Shown here: positions 62,304 through 64,000 of the stretch, piece by piece | Numbering within the stretch: position 1 is the stretch's first letter | Layout of the letters: each line of letters opens with the position of its first letter | Source: Planctomycetota bacterium | Lineage (GTDB): Bacteria > Planctomycetota > Phycisphaerae > Phycisphaerales > UBA1924 | Length of the DNA stretch: 64,000 bases | Assembly: GCA_039821685.1 (NCBI GenBank) | Contig: JBCBNT010000003.1 | Span: 2,603 to 66,602, forward strand | Direction of reading: 5' to 3' | The notes under the pieces: generated by a model | Database searches by the model: none | What the model was told of the DNA's origin: nothing | What the model saw: the letters and a program-made list of their open reading frames with translations, nothing else | Position numbers and translations under genes: made by a program

Positions 62304-63629
62304 ATGGGTCAATGGACAGGTTTGCTCGGCGTCTGCGTCTTTGTCGCGATCGGATGGGCGGTCTCTTCCGACCGCCGTCGGATCCGTCCGCGGATCATCG
62401 TGGCGGGGCTCGGGCTCCAGTTTCTCCTGGCGTTTCTGCTGATGCGTGTCGGCCCGGTCGTCCGCGCTTACGACTGGCTCGCCGGCGTCTTCACACGTGT
62501 CCTCGGGTTCAGCGAAGAGGGTGCACGTTTCCTCTTCGGAGAGCTCGCAGATCCGGGCGGGGCGTGGGGATTTGTGTTCGCGTTTAAGGTCTTGCCGGTG
62601 ATCGTTTTCTTTGCATCGATCATGGCGGTGCTGTATCACGTCGGCGTGATGCAGCGCGTGGTTGGCAGCCTCGCGTGGCTGCTGAGGCGGTCGCTCGGGG
62701 TGTCGGGCGAGGAAGCGCTCGCATCTGCTGCGAATGTATTCGTCGGCCAGACCGAGGCACCGCTGTGCATCCGCCCGTTTATCCCGCGGCTGACCCGTTC
62801 GCAGCTCATGCTCGTGATGACCGGCGGGTTCGCCACGATCGCGGGCTCCGTTCTGGCGGCGTTCGTCACCGTGCTCGGGCATGATGACGCGAGCCGTGTG
62901 GCCTTCGCGAAGCACCTGCTGACCGCGATCGCGATGTCCGCCCCCGGTGCGTTTGTGATGGCCAAGCTGTTTGTGCCCGACGGGTCCGAGGGGGGCGCCG
63001 GGACCGACATGGGCGCGATGCCACCACGGGAAACATCGAACCTGCTCGATGCCGCGGCGGCCGGCGCGGGTGATGGCCTCAGGCTCGCGCTCAACGTGGC
63101 GGCGATGCTGGTGGCGTTTGTCGCGCTGCTCGCGCTCCTGAACTGGCCCATCCAGGCGGTCGGCGAGACGACCTTTGGCGACCAGATCGAGGGCGTGATC
63201 GGCGTCGATTCTCTCAGCCTTTCGGCGATTCTCGGAGTTGTCTTTCAGCCGGTCGCGTATCTCATGGGGATCACGGGGCCGGACGCACCGGCGGTCGGCT
63301 CGATCCTTGGGACGAGCATGGTGGCGACCGAGTTTGTTGCGTACCTGCAGCTCGGCGATCTGATCGCGGCGCAACGGGTCGATTCTGCGACCGGCATCTC
63401 GCCGCGCGCGGCGGCGATCACGACCTTCGCGCTCTGCGGCTTTGCGAACCTGCCATCGATCGCGATCCAGATCGGTGGGCTCTCTGCGATGGCCCCGGAG
63501 CGACGGGCGGAGATCGCGGCCCTCGGACCACGAGCGATGCTCGCTGGAGCGATGACCTGCTGGATGACCGGCTGCATCGCCAGCGTGATGCTGCCCGCGA
63601 CAGCATCGGCAACGGCTATCAGCCCGTGA
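62304..63629 (+). CDS. nupC: NupC-family concentrative nucleoside transporter
   Basis: An AAGGAAGAG lies upstream of the ATG at 62304. Motifs: MGQWTGLLGVCVFVAIGWAVSSDRRRIRPRIIVAGLGLQFLLAFLLM, FVFAFKVLPVIVFF and SAANVFVGQTEAPLCIRPF. The first 231 codons of the track ORF are antisense to the kinase gene. Confidence 0.85.
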   Translation: MGQWTGLLGVCVFVAIGWAVSSDRRRIRPRIIVAGLGLQFLLAFLLMRVGPVVRAYDWLAGVFTRVLGFSEEGARFLFGELADPGGAWGFVFAFKVLPVIVFFASIMAVLYHVGVMQRVVGSLAWLLRRSLGVSGEEALASAANVFVGQTEAPLCIRPFIPRLTRSQLMLVMTGGFATIAGSVLAAFVTVLGHDDASRVAFAKHLLTAIAMSAPGAFVMAKLFVPDGSEGGAGTDMGAMPPRETSNLLDAAAAGAGDGLRLALNVAAMLVAFVALLALLNWPIQAVGETTFGDQIEGVIGVDSLSLSAILGVVFQPVAYLMGITGPDAPAVGSILGTSMVATEFVAYLQLGDLIAAQRVDSATGISPRAAAITTFALCGFANLPSIAIQIGGLSAMAPERRAEIAALGPRAMLAGAMTCWMTGCIASVMLPATASATAISP

Positions 63630-64000
63630 TCGCCGCTTGGATCTGCTCGCTGAACGCGAGCGCCGACGCGCCGAGCAACGCGACGATCGCGCCGATCACG
63701 GCCCGACGGGTGACACGCTCCCGGAGCACGTAGCGAGAGAACGGCAGGATAAGCACCGGGCTCAGCGAGAAGAGCGTCTGCGCGACGGCCAGCGGGCTGT
63801 ACTTGAACGCGATGAGAGACATCCACACACCGAGAAACGGCCCGACGATCGTGCCGGCGGCGGTGAGCATCAACCCGCTCGTCCACCTGCGGGGCTCGCC
63901 CGGGCCGTCGCCCTTTCGCGAAATCACCACAAAGATCAGAACAATCGGCGCCATGCCGAAGAGCCCGAACACCATGCGGACCAGCGTGGCGCCCTGGGCA
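63619..64000 (-). CDS. DMT/EamA-family transporter, C-terminal part (gene continues beyond the window)
   Basis: The frame is open to the window edge, with no stop upstream of the Met at 63975. It has hydrophobic helices and the ending RRAVIGAIVALLGASALAFS typical of EamA repeats. Confidence 0.6.
   Translation of the reverse strand, partial: AQGATLVRMVFGLFGMAPIVLIFVVISRKGDGPGEPRRWTSGLMLTAAGTIVGPFLGVWMSLIAFKYSPLAVAQTLFSLSPVLILPFSRYVLRERVTRRAVIGAIVALLGASALAFSEQIQAAITG

Noticed and set aside
1-64000. Search by eye for CRISPR arrays, rRNA, IS elements/transposases, toxin-antitoxin pairs and known defence-system signatures
   Set aside because: I saw no regularly spaced direct repeats, no rRNA-like conserved blocks, and no DDE/serine/tyrosine recombinase motifs. 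I also saw no small adjacent TA-like ORF pairs. Absence by eye is not proof, and a repeat finder and HMM scan should confirm it.

Overview
The window is very GC-rich, about 70% in hand-counted samples, and is densely coding on both strands. I support about 50 protein genes and one tRNA. I saw no rRNA, CRISPR array, transposase or integrase. Several features suggest Planctomycetota, probably Phycisphaerae-like, but this is inference only: three paralogous prepilin-type (DUF1559-like) genes, an LTD exoprotein with a GC-type dockerin-like tail, hpnCDE squalene genes, and heavy use of ATGA/GTGA start-stop overlaps.

Recognisable content, in order:
- Secreted LTD exoprotein; pseudopilin-like gene; HutC/GntR regulator with GTCTAGAC operators; membrane-anchored MsrB-MsrA fusion; tRNA-Arg(TCT).
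- Heme O synthase with SCO, TilS, and a long minus-strand operon that looks like a variant arginine succinyltransferase (AST) pathway. It has AstA, AstD, a class-III aminotransferase, an M20 hydrolase and an arginase-fold ureohydrolase, but no AstB or AstE. A lipoprotein with a JAMM-like motif heads the operon.
- NifU-like gene, CsrA, Ndk, and bacterial topoisomerase VI (top6B, top6A).
- A low-GC single-gene island encoding a membrane-anchored fusion of an unknown module with an alanine-racemase-fold domain.
- Prolyl oligopeptidase; an orphan ABC ATPase coupled to an 803-aa membrane protein; an M20 dipeptidase.
- hpnCDE divergent from ispH; a GTGA-coupled chain of rlmN, a YwaF-like gene, a WecA/MraY-family gene and an O-antigen-ligase-like/TPR gene.
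- Stand-alone fusA, adk, a degenerate transglutaminase-like protein, and fumC.
- A five-gene lipid-linked glycosylation-type operon (GT2, FAD oxidoreductase, hexapeptide acyltransferase, flippase-like gene, GT-C/ArnT-like gene).
- hrpA, a uridine-kinase-like gene divergent from nupC, and a partial DMT transporter.

The candidates I rate most worth follow-up are the low-GC racemase-fusion island next to topo VI, the non-canonical AST cluster, and the GT2/FAD/GT-C operon. Many long antisense ORFs in the track are GC-driven shadows and were rejected.
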